NCBI GenBank assembly: GCA_041691135.1
Contig: JBEPVF010000014.1
Span: forward strand, 1 to 38,337
Origin: Candidatus Peribacteria bacterium
Lineage (GTDB): Bacteria > Patescibacteriota > Gracilibacteria > Peribacterales > Peribacteraceae
Length of the DNA: 38,337 bases
Direction: 5' to 3'
This document shows positions 1-8,501 of the stretch, in pieces. Positions within the stretch are counted from its first letter, which is position 1, and each line of letters begins with the position of its first letter. The position numbers were made by a program, and so were the translations under genes. The notes beneath the pieces are model-generated. The model was given only the letters and a program-made list of their open reading frames with translations. It was not told the DNA's origin and made no database searches.

Positions 1-315
<315 letters not shown>

Positions 316-420
316 TTTTCTCACACTGCTTACTGTTCGTGTGCTACAACTTGGATATTCCAAGCTGTAGAATACACGAGCGAACTACAGTAGTTTATTC
401 TTCAATTTTTGATCTTTCCG

Positions 421-537
421 TCCTGGTGCTTTTTGCGACGGGGTCACACCCGATCCCATACCGAACTCGGCAGTTAAGCCCGTCTGCGCCGATGGTAGCT
501 GGCCTTATGGTCCGTGAGAGTAGGTCGGTGCCAGGAC
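421..537 (+). rRNA. rrf: 5S rRNA
   Basis: Terminal helix TCCTGGTGC/GTGCCAGGA, conserved CACCCGATCCCATACCGAACTCGG and GAGAGTAGGTC motifs, ~117 nt, located after 23S. Confidence 0.96.
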
Positions 538-610
538 AGAGAGATCAAGTTATCCAACGCAAATCTGGTCCAATTGCTTCTTAAAGAGGTTTTTTGGGTA
601 TCAGTGCATT

Positions 611-639
611 TTGCCATTAATTAAAAAATATGTTAAAAT
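611..639 (+). promoter_or_regulatory. sigma70-like promoter (TTGCCA-17-TAAAAT with extended TG)
   Basis: TTGCCA at 611-616, TG at 631-632 and TAAAAT at 634-639, ahead of the ORF starting at 667. Confidence 0.6.
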
Positions 640-666
640 ATATAATTGTTTTCCTTCCACATACAT

Positions 667-903
667 ATGCAAATCATACGAACCGACAGCCCAGAAGGTT
701 CAGGCAAACCTCATTTGAACGAACTTATTAATCGTCTTGATCCTGAACATGAAAGAACGATACGCGGTTTATTGCATCATAAGAGAGCTCAGTACCAGGG
801 AGTACTGCCTCAAGAAGAAGAGGAACAATTAACCCAGATTGCCGTGGGCTTCATTGCCGTACAAGAGGGTCGTGAAAGGAGAAGGAAAATGAAATCGGAG
901 TGA
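667..903 (+). CDS. small hypothetical protein (78 aa, charged, probably helical)
   Basis: ORF 646..903 with the more likely ATG at 667, a good promoter upstream and a protein-like composition. No recognised family. Confidence 0.55.
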   Translation: MQIIRTDSPEGSGKPHLNELINRLDPEHERTIRGLLHHKRAQYQGVLPQEEEEQLTQIAVGFIAVQEGRERRRKMKSE

Positions 904-978
904 TGCGTCGTAGGACAATCACAGCAGCAATTATTGGAGGAAAATTCGAGGCATGATGGATTATTATTTTTTGTATTT

Positions 979-1101
979 CTATTGTGGGTGCACCAAAGTT
1001 GTTTTGCCCAATTGATCAATGCGCTGTTTTTCACTGTGTACGAATTGATATGCCCAGTACACGCCGATGATGATCGCAATCAGGAGAATGTATTTAATCA
1101 T
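979..1101 (-). CDS. 40-aa single-pass membrane peptide (MIKYILLIAIIIGVYWAYQFVHSEKQRIDQLGKTTLVHPQ)
   Basis: Translated by hand (below the ORF-track cutoff). N-terminal hydrophobic helix; a TATTCT -10 box lies 7 nt before the ATG. Confidence 0.6.
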   Translation of the reverse strand: MIKYILLIAIIIGVYWAYQFVHSEKQRIDQLGKTTLVHPQ

Positions 1102-1403
1102 CGGCGCAAGAATAGCTGCTTTCGGTACTACATGCACTTATGTGTCGGCCAAAATATCTTTATGACTTGTTTCATTTCGTATGTGTCAATTCTTTCTACT
1201 AACGCGACGCGATAGAGCATATTTGTTATTCAAGTGACGACATTTGCCTTTGCACCTGTGCTGACTAAGGATGAATGCTTTCGTAGTCAAAGCATGCTAT
1301 GTAGCACAATACTGTAAGTGCATCGTTCTGGTAAGGCCACTCGCTTGAACCTTCCTAACTTAACGGTAGCTTAGACGAATCCATTACTCCCTCCCCTTTT
1401 ACT

Positions 1404-3521
1404 ATGAGTATTCGCTCTCTTTACTTGCGCGGGCATAGCCTTCGTTTCCGCGCCAAGTCCATTGCAAGTGCGGTGGTCGTTCTTAGTATGCTTGCCACGA
1501 ATGTGGAAGCGGCGACTTACTATTGGGTGGGAACAGGCTCAGCTGATCGCTGGGAAGATTCCAGCAACTGGTCCACGGTGACCAAAGGTGGAGCCGGCGG
1601 CAGTCACGTCGTGCCGACTGTGCTGGATAATGCAGTGATGGTGTCATCAGGAACAACGGTGCGAATTCGCAGCGCAGCCAAAGTCCGCTCACTCACGATG
1701 ACCAACACGTGGTCAGGTTCTCTCCTTATGGGTACCGGCTCGTTGCAAGTCGGTTCGGGTGCGAATGTGACCGGCGTGCAGGTAAGGATTGGAAGCGGAA
1801 AACTGATCGGCGGTACGGGAAATATTTCCGTCGCTGGTAACTATACGCAGACAGGAGGACTCGTCTCTGCACAGGGCACGCTGTCCGTTTCCGGAAGTTT
1901 GTTCCTCGCCAATGTACTGACGAACTTCACATCTACGGGCACCATTGCCCTGACTGGATCCGGCAATCAGACGCTGACGCTCGGAACGGCGCCTCGTGTT
2001 CTAAAGCTAAACAACCTCACGCTGCGCAATGCAGGACAGTCCACCACCAACTCGATTATTGTGGCCAGCGGATCGCTCAACTTGTCAGGAGCTCTTACGA
2101 TCAACCAAGGCAAACTCGATCTGGCGACAAACTCAAAAAATCTCAACTATCGCAACGGACTGACAATTGGGAGTAACGCTCGCGCTTCTCTTTCTACGAA
2201 CAGCAACGTGACAAGCTCCGGTACCATTTCGGTAAATAGCGCAGGCGGTGGACTCAGTGTGACGGCCGGTACCTGGACGCTGCAGACCAAGGGCAATGTG
2301 TCACACGATTTCGGTGGATTCAAAGTGGTCAACCTTACAGTCAACAATACGGGTGTAGCAGATTCCAATGTCGTAACTATCACTGGTAATCCGCTCAACG
2401 TTTCAGGCGCTCTTACCGTCACTCAGGGACAACTCAATCTCGCGACAGCATCGATGGCTCTTGCTGTCCGCAGCGGCATCACAGTCGGTTCCAACAGTCT
2501 TGCCTCACTCAAGACCAATAGTAATATTGCCCTTTCCGGTTCACTGACGGTAAACAGTGCCGGCGGCGGTCTTAGTGTTACAGCCGGCATTCTGACTCTT
2601 AATGGCAGTGGTACACAGACAATCAGCCTTGGTGGCAATAGGCTCTACAGCATGACCATCAACAATAACGTCAATTCTTCCACCCAGAATACGGTGGTGG
2701 TATCTGGCAGTGATCTGCTCCTATCCGGTTCGCTCATTATCACCAAGGGTCGTCTGAATCTGAACGGACAAACATTGAATGCGGATGGCAGCGTCACGCT
2801 GGCCAATAGTTCGCTGGTGACATTGTCGGGTTCCAGCATGAACATCGGTGGTAACCTTACCGTCAATGGATCCTCTACTTTCACGCATCCGTACGGAACA
2901 GTCACGCTTGATGGATCGAATCAGACACTCTCGGGATCCATCAGCTTCTACAACCTTATCAAGTCACCGGTTGGCTCCGACACCCTCAGCCTCTCAGCCG
3001 GCAAAACCATTACGGTGGCGGGCGGACTCACATGGGTTGGCCCATCTTGCACCAGCAAGCTGGCCGTACGATCTACGGATACTGGCATCCAGTGGAAGAT
3101 TAATCCAACCGGCAGCACTAATCTGACCTTTGTTGATCTCAAAGATGGCAACAACACTAGAGTTCAGCTGTTGCTTGCCAATGGTGCTGACAGCGGTAAC
3201 ACCACCAATATGGGAATTGAGACATGTGCCACGTCCTCGAGTTCGGGCGGCACTGATTCGAATACAGGCAGTGGCGGTGGTGGAGGTGGGGGTGGCAGAG
3301 GTGGCGGAGGTTCTGCAGCGACGAAGACCATCTCGTCAAAAACCTTGGCTCCTAAGTTGAAGCCTGGTCAGGCCTCACCCAAGCTCATCAAAATGGTTCC
3401 GGCTAAGCCCACGATCGTAAAGACACCAGTAAACATCAAAGCTGCAGCCGATAAGATCAAGGCAGCCGCCGCCGCACGCGTGGCTGCACGCAAGGCAAAG
3501 CTTGCCGGCAAGAAACACTAA
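1404..3521 (+). CDS. secreted Gly/Ser/Thr/Asn-rich beta-solenoid/adhesin-like surface protein with ~106-aa internal repeats, a poly-Gly linker and a basic C-terminal tail
   Basis: 705-aa ORF with a signal peptide ending NVEA-A, then ATYYWVG...W...NWS (common at the start of passenger-like surface proteins), a repeated VNSAGGGLSVTAG, and an intrinsic terminator downstream. Confidence 0.8.
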   Translation: MSIRSLYLRGHSLRFRAKSIASAVVVLSMLATNVEAATYYWVGTGSADRWEDSSNWSTVTKGGAGGSHVVPTVLDNAVMVSSGTTVRIRSAAKVRSLTMTNTWSGSLLMGTGSLQVGSGANVTGVQVRIGSGKLIGGTGNISVAGNYTQTGGLVSAQGTLSVSGSLFLANVLTNFTSTGTIALTGSGNQTLTLGTAPRVLKLNNLTLRNAGQSTTNSIIVASGSLNLSGALTINQGKLDLATNSKNLNYRNGLTIGSNARASLSTNSNVTSSGTISVNSAGGGLSVTAGTWTLQTKGNVSHDFGGFKVVNLTVNNTGVADSNVVTITGNPLNVSGALTVTQGQLNLATASMALAVRSGITVGSNSLASLKTNSNIALSGSLTVNSAGGGLSVTAGILTLNGSGTQTISLGGNRLYSMTINNNVNSSTQNTVVVSGSDLLLSGSLIITKGRLNLNGQTLNADGSVTLANSSLVTLSGSSMNIGGNLTVNGSSTFTHPYGTVTLDGSNQTLSGSISFYNLIKSPVGSDTLSLSAGKTITVAGGLTWVGPSCTSKLAVRSTDTGIQWKINPTGSTNLTFVDLKDGNNTRVQLLLANGADSGNTTNMGIETCATSSSSGGTDSNTGSGGGGGGGGRGGGGSAATKTISSKTLAPKLKPGQASPKLIKMVPAKPTIVKTPVNIKAAADKIKAAAAARVAARKAKLAGKKH

Positions 3522-3538
3522 ACGCACTATGAATAAGG

Positions 3539-3565
3539 AAACGCGGGCTCCGGCCCGCGTTTTTT
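3539..3565 (+). terminator. Rho-independent terminator
   Basis: AAACGCGGGC-TCCG-GCCCGCGTTT followed by further Ts (UNCG-type loop), 18 nt after the stop at 3521. Confidence 0.85.
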
Positions 3566-3592
3566 ATTGTCTCCTTCGTGTATGCTCGACGT

Positions 3593-4411
3593 ATGTTCTC
3601 CGTTTGCTCCCTCAACGGCCGTATTGTTCCCTTCGATTCCGCAGCAGTGAGCTTGGCCAATGTGGAGTACGCGTATGGGTTCGGCGTGTACGAAAATATT
3701 CGTGTTACCCACAACGTCCCTTACTTCTTGGGCGAACATGCTGAGCGTTTGCTGCATTCGGCAACATTGATTGATCTGGTACATCCTTATGCCGTGGATG
3801 ACGTGGAGCGGTTTGTACGAGAACTCCTCGAGCAGATCAGCGTCGAGACGATCAATCTTAAAATTCTCCTGATTGGTGCGCAGGAAGAGCAAGATGTACT
3901 TCTGGCTATTCTTCCACTGGCGCCCTTCTTTCCCGAAAAAAAGTGGTACCGCGAGGGTGTCAAAACCATCACCGTGCCGGCTGAGCGCCCCTTACCGCAG
4001 GCTAAAACTCTGAGCATGCTTCCCAGCTATCTGGCCTACCGTCAGGCTCGTCGCAATGATGCCTATGATGCTCTGCTTGTCGATCGCAACGGCAATATCA
4101 CCGAAGGAACGCGTACCAACTTCTTTGTTCTCGATGGTTCCACCATTGTCTCCCCGCCGACCGATGCAATCCTTAGTGGAGTCACGCGTGCCGTGCTTCT
4201 GGAGACTGCGCGTAAAGAAGGATTCAACGTCATCGAACGTCCTATTCCTTTGTCATCACTCAAGCGGATAGAAGCGGCTTTTCTGACAAGCACCTCGGCG
4301 AAAGTGCTTCCCATTCGTCAGGTGAATGAACAGCTACTCGTTGTTGATGATCGACATCATCAGCTCCTGAAACTCTACGATGCCCGCTTGGACGATTTGC
4401 GTGTGCGGTAA
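3593..4411 (+). CDS. PLP-dependent aminotransferase class IV (IlvE/Dat/PabC family)
   Basis: Motifs YGFGVYE, H.ERL..SA, catalytic Lys in AKTLS, EGTRTNFF and ILSGVTR. ATG at 3593 preferred over the ORF-track start at 3578. Confidence 0.9.
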   Translation: MFSVCSLNGRIVPFDSAAVSLANVEYAYGFGVYENIRVTHNVPYFLGEHAERLLHSATLIDLVHPYAVDDVERFVRELLEQISVETINLKILLIGAQEEQDVLLAILPLAPFFPEKKWYREGVKTITVPAERPLPQAKTLSMLPSYLAYRQARRNDAYDALLVDRNGNITEGTRTNFFVLDGSTIVSPPTDAILSGVTRAVLLETARKEGFNVIERPIPLSSLKRIEAAFLTSTSAKVLPIRQVNEQLLVVDDRHHQLLKLYDARLDDLRVR

Positions 4412-4905
4412 GTGGCGGTTGGCTTGCGGTGCAGCGCCCGCTGTTGATCTTCTCGTTCGCGATGAAGGTCACCTGCATTCATTTCCAGCCAATTGCTGAC
4501 CGGTGCAAGGAAGTAGAGCGTTGTGACGCAGAGGAGTGTTACGAAGATCGCGACATACGATAAATTGACTGCGACAGCCATGCCGATACCCGAGACGACC
4601 CAAATGTCGGCTGCGGTGGTAAGGCCGCTCACATGGCCTCCACGATGGATAAGTGCGCCTGCGCACAGGAAACCTACGCCTGTGACAATCTGTGCTGCGA
4701 TACGACTGGGATCTACAATGCCGGCATCGGACTGAAATCCATAGATCGACAGAATCGTAAACAGACACGATCCGATGCAGATCAGCATATTGGTGCGCAA
4801 ACCGGCTGCCCGACCGCTCCACTCACGTTCCAGACCGACCATGCCGCCAAGTAGAGCGGCCAGCATAATGCGTCGGATCAAATCCAGTGTGAAATCAAGG
4901 GTCAT
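4375..4905 (-). CDS. MgtC/SapB family membrane protein
   Basis: Motifs GLERE...AGLRT, DPSRIAAQIVTGVGFLCAG and GLTTAA.IW. Likely start is the ATG at 4905. Confidence 0.92.
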   Translation of the reverse strand: MTLDFTLDLIRRIMLAALLGGMVGLEREWSGRAAGLRTNMLICIGSCLFTILSIYGFQSDAGIVDPSRIAAQIVTGVGFLCAGALIHRGGHVSGLTTAADIWVVSGIGMAVAVNLSYVAIFVTLLCVTTLYFLAPVSNWLEMNAGDLHREREDQQRALHRKPTATYRTRKSSKRAS

Positions 4906-5120
4906 AAAAGTATGTGTATGTCTTACACAGTATAGCATAGATTTGAAGAGTCAGGAATGGAGGTTTTGCTCTACTGTAAGGGCTATCTGTAAATTTTTTA
5001 CGCTCCTGCCATACAGGGGATTCCGTTCGTCTGAATCCTTGGATCTCTTGATCCCTTGGGTACTCACGCTCAAGAGGGATTGCTTCTATAACCGCTCTTT
5101 CCTGTGTATTGTGGCCACCT

Positions 5121-5879
5121 ATGCAAGAACGTCTGCAGAAAATCCTGTCAGCCCGTGGTATCGCATCTCGCCGAAAGGCCGAGGACTACATCGTGCAGGG
5201 GCTTGTGAAGGTGAACGGCGAAGTGGCGACGTTAGGCCAGAAGGCTGATCCGGAAGTCGATCAGATCGAAGTGGATGGAAAGGTGCTCGATGCGCGGAGC
5301 GAGATGCTTTACTACGTGATGAACAAGCCGGTCGGATTCGAGACAAGCAATGTGGATCCGGCCACACAAAAAAAACCAGAGACCAAAGATAAGAGACCGG
5401 CATTGCATCGACCTACTGTTCGTGAGCTCCTTCCACCTAACCTTCGCGGGAAAATTTTCCCGGTTGGCCGTCTTGATAAGGATTCCGAAGGACTGTTGCT
5501 CTTCACGACCGATGGCGTGCTCAGCTACCGTCTGACACATCCCAAATTCACGCACGAAAAGGAATACGAAGTTGTGCTGGGCAAAGCGATCGAACCGCTG
5601 GCTCTCAAAAAACTGGAGGAAGGTTTCGAGCTCGACGGATCGATGACCAAGCCGCTGAAGGCCTGGAAGATCGGGCCGAATGTGGTGCGAATAGTCCTCA
5701 CCGAAGGCCGCAACCGGCAAATCCGCCGCATGTGCCAGAATGTCGGCTACACGGTAAAAAATCTTAAACGTGTACGGATCATGACGCTGCAAGATGATCG
5801 TCTTAGGCCGGGTGTCATTCGTCTTCTGACTGAAGCGGAGAAGTCTGCGCTGCTGCAGTCTGTGGGAATTGAGCAGTAG
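5121..5879 (+). CDS. rRNA pseudouridine synthase, RsuA/RluB/RluF family, with S4 domain
   Basis: ERLQKILS..G.ASRRKAE S4 domain, NKPVG, catalytic GRLDKDSEGLLL and EGRNRQIRRM. ATG at 5121. Confidence 0.95.
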   Translation: MQERLQKILSARGIASRRKAEDYIVQGLVKVNGEVATLGQKADPEVDQIEVDGKVLDARSEMLYYVMNKPVGFETSNVDPATQKKPETKDKRPALHRPTVRELLPPNLRGKIFPVGRLDKDSEGLLLFTTDGVLSYRLTHPKFTHEKEYEVVLGKAIEPLALKKLEEGFELDGSMTKPLKAWKIGPNVVRIVLTEGRNRQIRRMCQNVGYTVKNLKRVRIMTLQDDRLRPGVIRLLTEAEKSALLQSVGIEQ

Positions 5880-6351
5880 CAGAAAACTTTAATGCGTTTT
5901 GGATGTTCTCCCTGAAGTCCGCAAATCTTTGTTGAACCTTTTTCTTGAGGGGGCTCTCCGGCAATTGAGAGGCTAACAACTTTTTGCGATAGAGCCCGAG
6001 TGTTTTTATTGGACCAGCGTTGTCTGCACCACCGAGAGCGAGGATGTACTCATTACAGTGGACCAAGAGCATTTCTAGCGTAGCTGGGTCGTCACTGTGA
6101 ACCATGAACATAGACTGACAGAGCGCCAGTTCGGTATCTAAAATTTGGACGATTTTGGCCTCATCAGTCGCTTTTTGTGCAGAAGCGGAATGCTCTTTAA
6201 TTCCATATGTAACCCCAGCGCCAGCGCAAAAACTGAGCGCAAGAAACATTGCAGTGCGCATTTTTTCACGCATGTAAGAGGGCTGAGGCGATTCCGGTAA
6301 AGTGGACTCAGGCTGTAATTCTCTTCTGAGGCTCAAGGGAGGAATATTCAC
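5815..6351 (-). CDS. hypothetical protein with one N-terminal hydrophobic segment
   Basis: 178-aa ORF with hydrophobic MFLALSFCAGAGVTYG; TTGACA-16-CATAGT upstream. Start uncertain. Confidence 0.6.
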   Translation of the reverse strand: MNIPPLSLRRELQPESTLPESPQPSYMREKMRTAMFLALSFCAGAGVTYGIKEHSASAQKATDEAKIVQILDTELALCQSMFMVHSDDPATLEMLLVHCNEYILALGGADNAGPIKTLGLYRKKLLASQLPESPLKKKVQQRFADFRENIQNALKFSATAQFPQTAAAQTSPLQSEDE

Positions 6352-6443
6352 GCGTTCACTATGACTCCTTAAAAATGACTGTCAATAAATACGCCAGTGG
6401 CCAGCAGGAAAGTGCCATGTCTCCAAGGTATTCTTCACTGCTC

Positions 6444-6923
6444 TTACCTGAATGGCGGAGGAGGTAGTGGAGCAGGTGGCATAGAATCGGTTGCTTCTTC
6501 CGGCGGTACGTTCGCTGATTGGGTTCTTTTCAACTCCGTTTCGAGTTCCTGAATGCGGTGCCTTGCTTCATCCAGGGCTTTGGCTGTATTAAATGGTTCG
6601 GTGACAGGTGATGACTCGGAACGCATAAAAATTTCACCCGCGGCTCCCAAGAGAAGGGCACCAGTAATTGTAAGGTATATCCGCAGCTTTTTTCGTGTAT
6701 GCCTAGCTTCCATGAGTAATGTCTCTGCCGTTGTGAGTTGCTTCAAATATTCCTTTGCTCTTTTTTCCGCATCGCTTAATGATTGCACAAGAATATCTAT
6801 CGTTGCTTCGGCTCTAATCCTTTCGTCGATTGCCTCGCGCTTACTCTCGAAGAGGACTGACAGCGTGTCAGTATGTTCTTGCGCTGAATAACCATCTCCG
6901 CCCCAGGTATTCTTGTTAGACAT
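6444..6923 (-). CDS. hypothetical coiled-coil protein with a central TM helix and Pro-rich end
   Basis: 159-aa ORF with charged helical segments around IYLTITGALLLGAAG; promoter TTGACA-17-TATAAA upstream. Confidence 0.7.
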   Translation of the reverse strand: MSNKNTWGGDGYSAQEHTDTLSVLFESKREAIDERIRAEATIDILVQSLSDAEKRAKEYLKQLTTAETLLMEARHTRKKLRIYLTITGALLLGAAGEIFMRSESSPVTEPFNTAKALDEARHRIQELETELKRTQSANVPPEEATDSMPPAPLPPPPFR

Positions 6924-6929
6924 GACATA

Positions 6930-6958
6930 TTTATAAAACTTTAAATTAATTATGTCAA
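6930..6958 (-). promoter_or_regulatory. sigma70-like promoter TTGACA-17-TATAAA, 6 nt before ATG 6923
   Basis: Consensus -35 at 6958-6953 and near-consensus -10 at 6935-6930 on the minus strand. Confidence 0.55.
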
Positions 6959-6998
6959 TAACTAGCTTGGTTTTTCATTATCCTGCACACTGGGAACC

Positions 6999-8399
6999 AT
7001 GAAGATTATTCCCCACGGTGCCGCGCAGGAAGTCACCGGTACTTGTCACGAGATTCAAGTGAACGGAAAAAGGATCCTCCTCGATTGCGGCCTATTCCAA
7101 GGCCATCGCTTGGAGGCAGCCGTGAAGAACTCATCCTTCGCTTTCGATCCGGCCAAAGATATTGATGCGATGATTCTGTCGCATGCACACATGGACCATG
7201 TGGGTCGTGTGCCGATGCTGTACAAGAAAGGCTATCGCGGTCCTCTGCACTGTACGTACGCCACCAAGGACTTGGCTGAAGTGATGATGAAGGACGGCGG
7301 CTACATCCAGGAGAAAGATGAGGAATTCTTCTGCAAGAATCTTTCCAAATCAATGATGCAATGCGATGGGCCGCTGTATACCCAACAGGATGCCATCGAT
7401 TGTATGAAGATCTTTCAGGGCAAGAATTACGGCGAGTGGTTTGATGTTGTCGACGGTGTTCGTGCGCAGTTCCTGGAGGCCGGCCACATCGTGGGAGCGG
7501 CGATGATTGTGTTCGAAATTATCGAGAATGGGAAGAAACGCCATATCGGTTTCAGCGGTGACCTCGGCCGGTCCACACTGCCGATCATTCGCGATCCGGC
7601 TGCCATGCCGCCGTTGGAAATGCTCATTTGCGAAAGCACGTACGGCAACCGCAAGCATGAGGATATCGACAGTGCCATGAGTCGCCTGAAGGAAGTGATC
7701 GTGCGAACAGTCCAGCGTGGTGGCAAAGTGATCATCCCCGCGTTCTCGCTCGAGCGGACCCAGGAGATTATTTATGATCTACACTTGCTATGGGATCAGA
7801 AAGAGATTCCGGCCATTCCCATCATTGTCGATTCACCGTTGGCGTCGAGTGTCACCGAGGTCTTCATGAAACATCCCGAATGCTACGATGAGAAGATGTT
7901 CGAAAACTTCCTGAGCCGTGCCCACAACCCGTTCCAGTTTTCGCTGGTTAAATACACCGCCACGGTTGACGAGAGCAAGGCGCTCAATGGTAAAAAAGGG
8001 CCGATGATCATCATGGCCGCATCGGGCATGTGTGAGGCTGGTCGCATTCGCCATCATCTGAAGAATGAAATTGAGAATCCTCTCAATACGATTCTGGTTG
8101 TCGGCTACATGGCTCAGGACACGCTGGGGCGCAAAATTGTCGATCCGACGATTGCCGAAGTAAAAATCTTCGATCAGGTCTACGAAAAGAAAGCCGAAGT
8201 CGTGCAGATTGATGCCTATTCGGGTCATGCTGATATGGCCGATCTGGATCACTATGTGCTGGCAGTCGAAGATCTGAAGAAGGTCATTCTGGTGCATGGT
8301 GAACTGGCACAGATGCAACCATTCGCCAAGAGACTCGAAGCGGCGAAAAGCGGATTGGAAGTTCGCATGCCCATGCGAGAAGAAGAGATCGTAATATGA
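6999..8399 (+). CDS. MBL-fold beta-CASP ribonuclease (Ysh1/CPSF73-like family)
   Basis: GAAQEVTG, LLDCGLFQG, SHAHMDHVG (HxHxDH), AGHIVG, SGDLG, ESTYG, ASGM.EAGRI.HH, YSGHAD and LVHGE. Confidence 0.95.
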   Translation: MKIIPHGAAQEVTGTCHEIQVNGKRILLDCGLFQGHRLEAAVKNSSFAFDPAKDIDAMILSHAHMDHVGRVPMLYKKGYRGPLHCTYATKDLAEVMMKDGGYIQEKDEEFFCKNLSKSMMQCDGPLYTQQDAIDCMKIFQGKNYGEWFDVVDGVRAQFLEAGHIVGAAMIVFEIIENGKKRHIGFSGDLGRSTLPIIRDPAAMPPLEMLICESTYGNRKHEDIDSAMSRLKEVIVRTVQRGGKVIIPAFSLERTQEIIYDLHLLWDQKEIPAIPIIVDSPLASSVTEVFMKHPECYDEKMFENFLSRAHNPFQFSLVKYTATVDESKALNGKKGPMIIMAASGMCEAGRIRHHLKNEIENPLNTILVVGYMAQDTLGRKIVDPTIAEVKIFDQVYEKKAEVVQIDAYSGHADMADLDHYVLAVEDLKKVILVHGELAQMQPFAKRLEAAKSGLEVRMPMREEEIVI

Positions 8400-8501
8400 T
8401 CAACTATTTTGTTCATTTTAAATCTTATACAGTGGAGATAAAGTCTATTGTATCAAAATTAATAATCGGAATTTTCTCTCCCAGAAAATACATTTTTCTC
8501 C

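Noticed and set aside
316-645. tRNA gene in the rRNA spacer or after 5S
   Set aside because: No cloverleaf or GTTCRA T-loop in a tRNA context.
810-1215. ORFs 810..1079(-) and 934..1215(+)
   Set aside because: Cys/Asn-rich, unprotein-like translations; the 40-aa minus-strand TM peptide explains the region better.
1216-1403. Riboswitch upstream of the 705-aa surface protein
   Set aside because: Only a short ATGCTTT/AAAGCAT hairpin is visible and no known aptamer consensus; an Rfam scan would settle it.
3270-3312. GGT/GGC/GGA run as a DNA repeat or contingency locus
   Set aside because: It is a poly-Gly codon run with mixed synonymous codons, not a slippage-prone perfect repeat.
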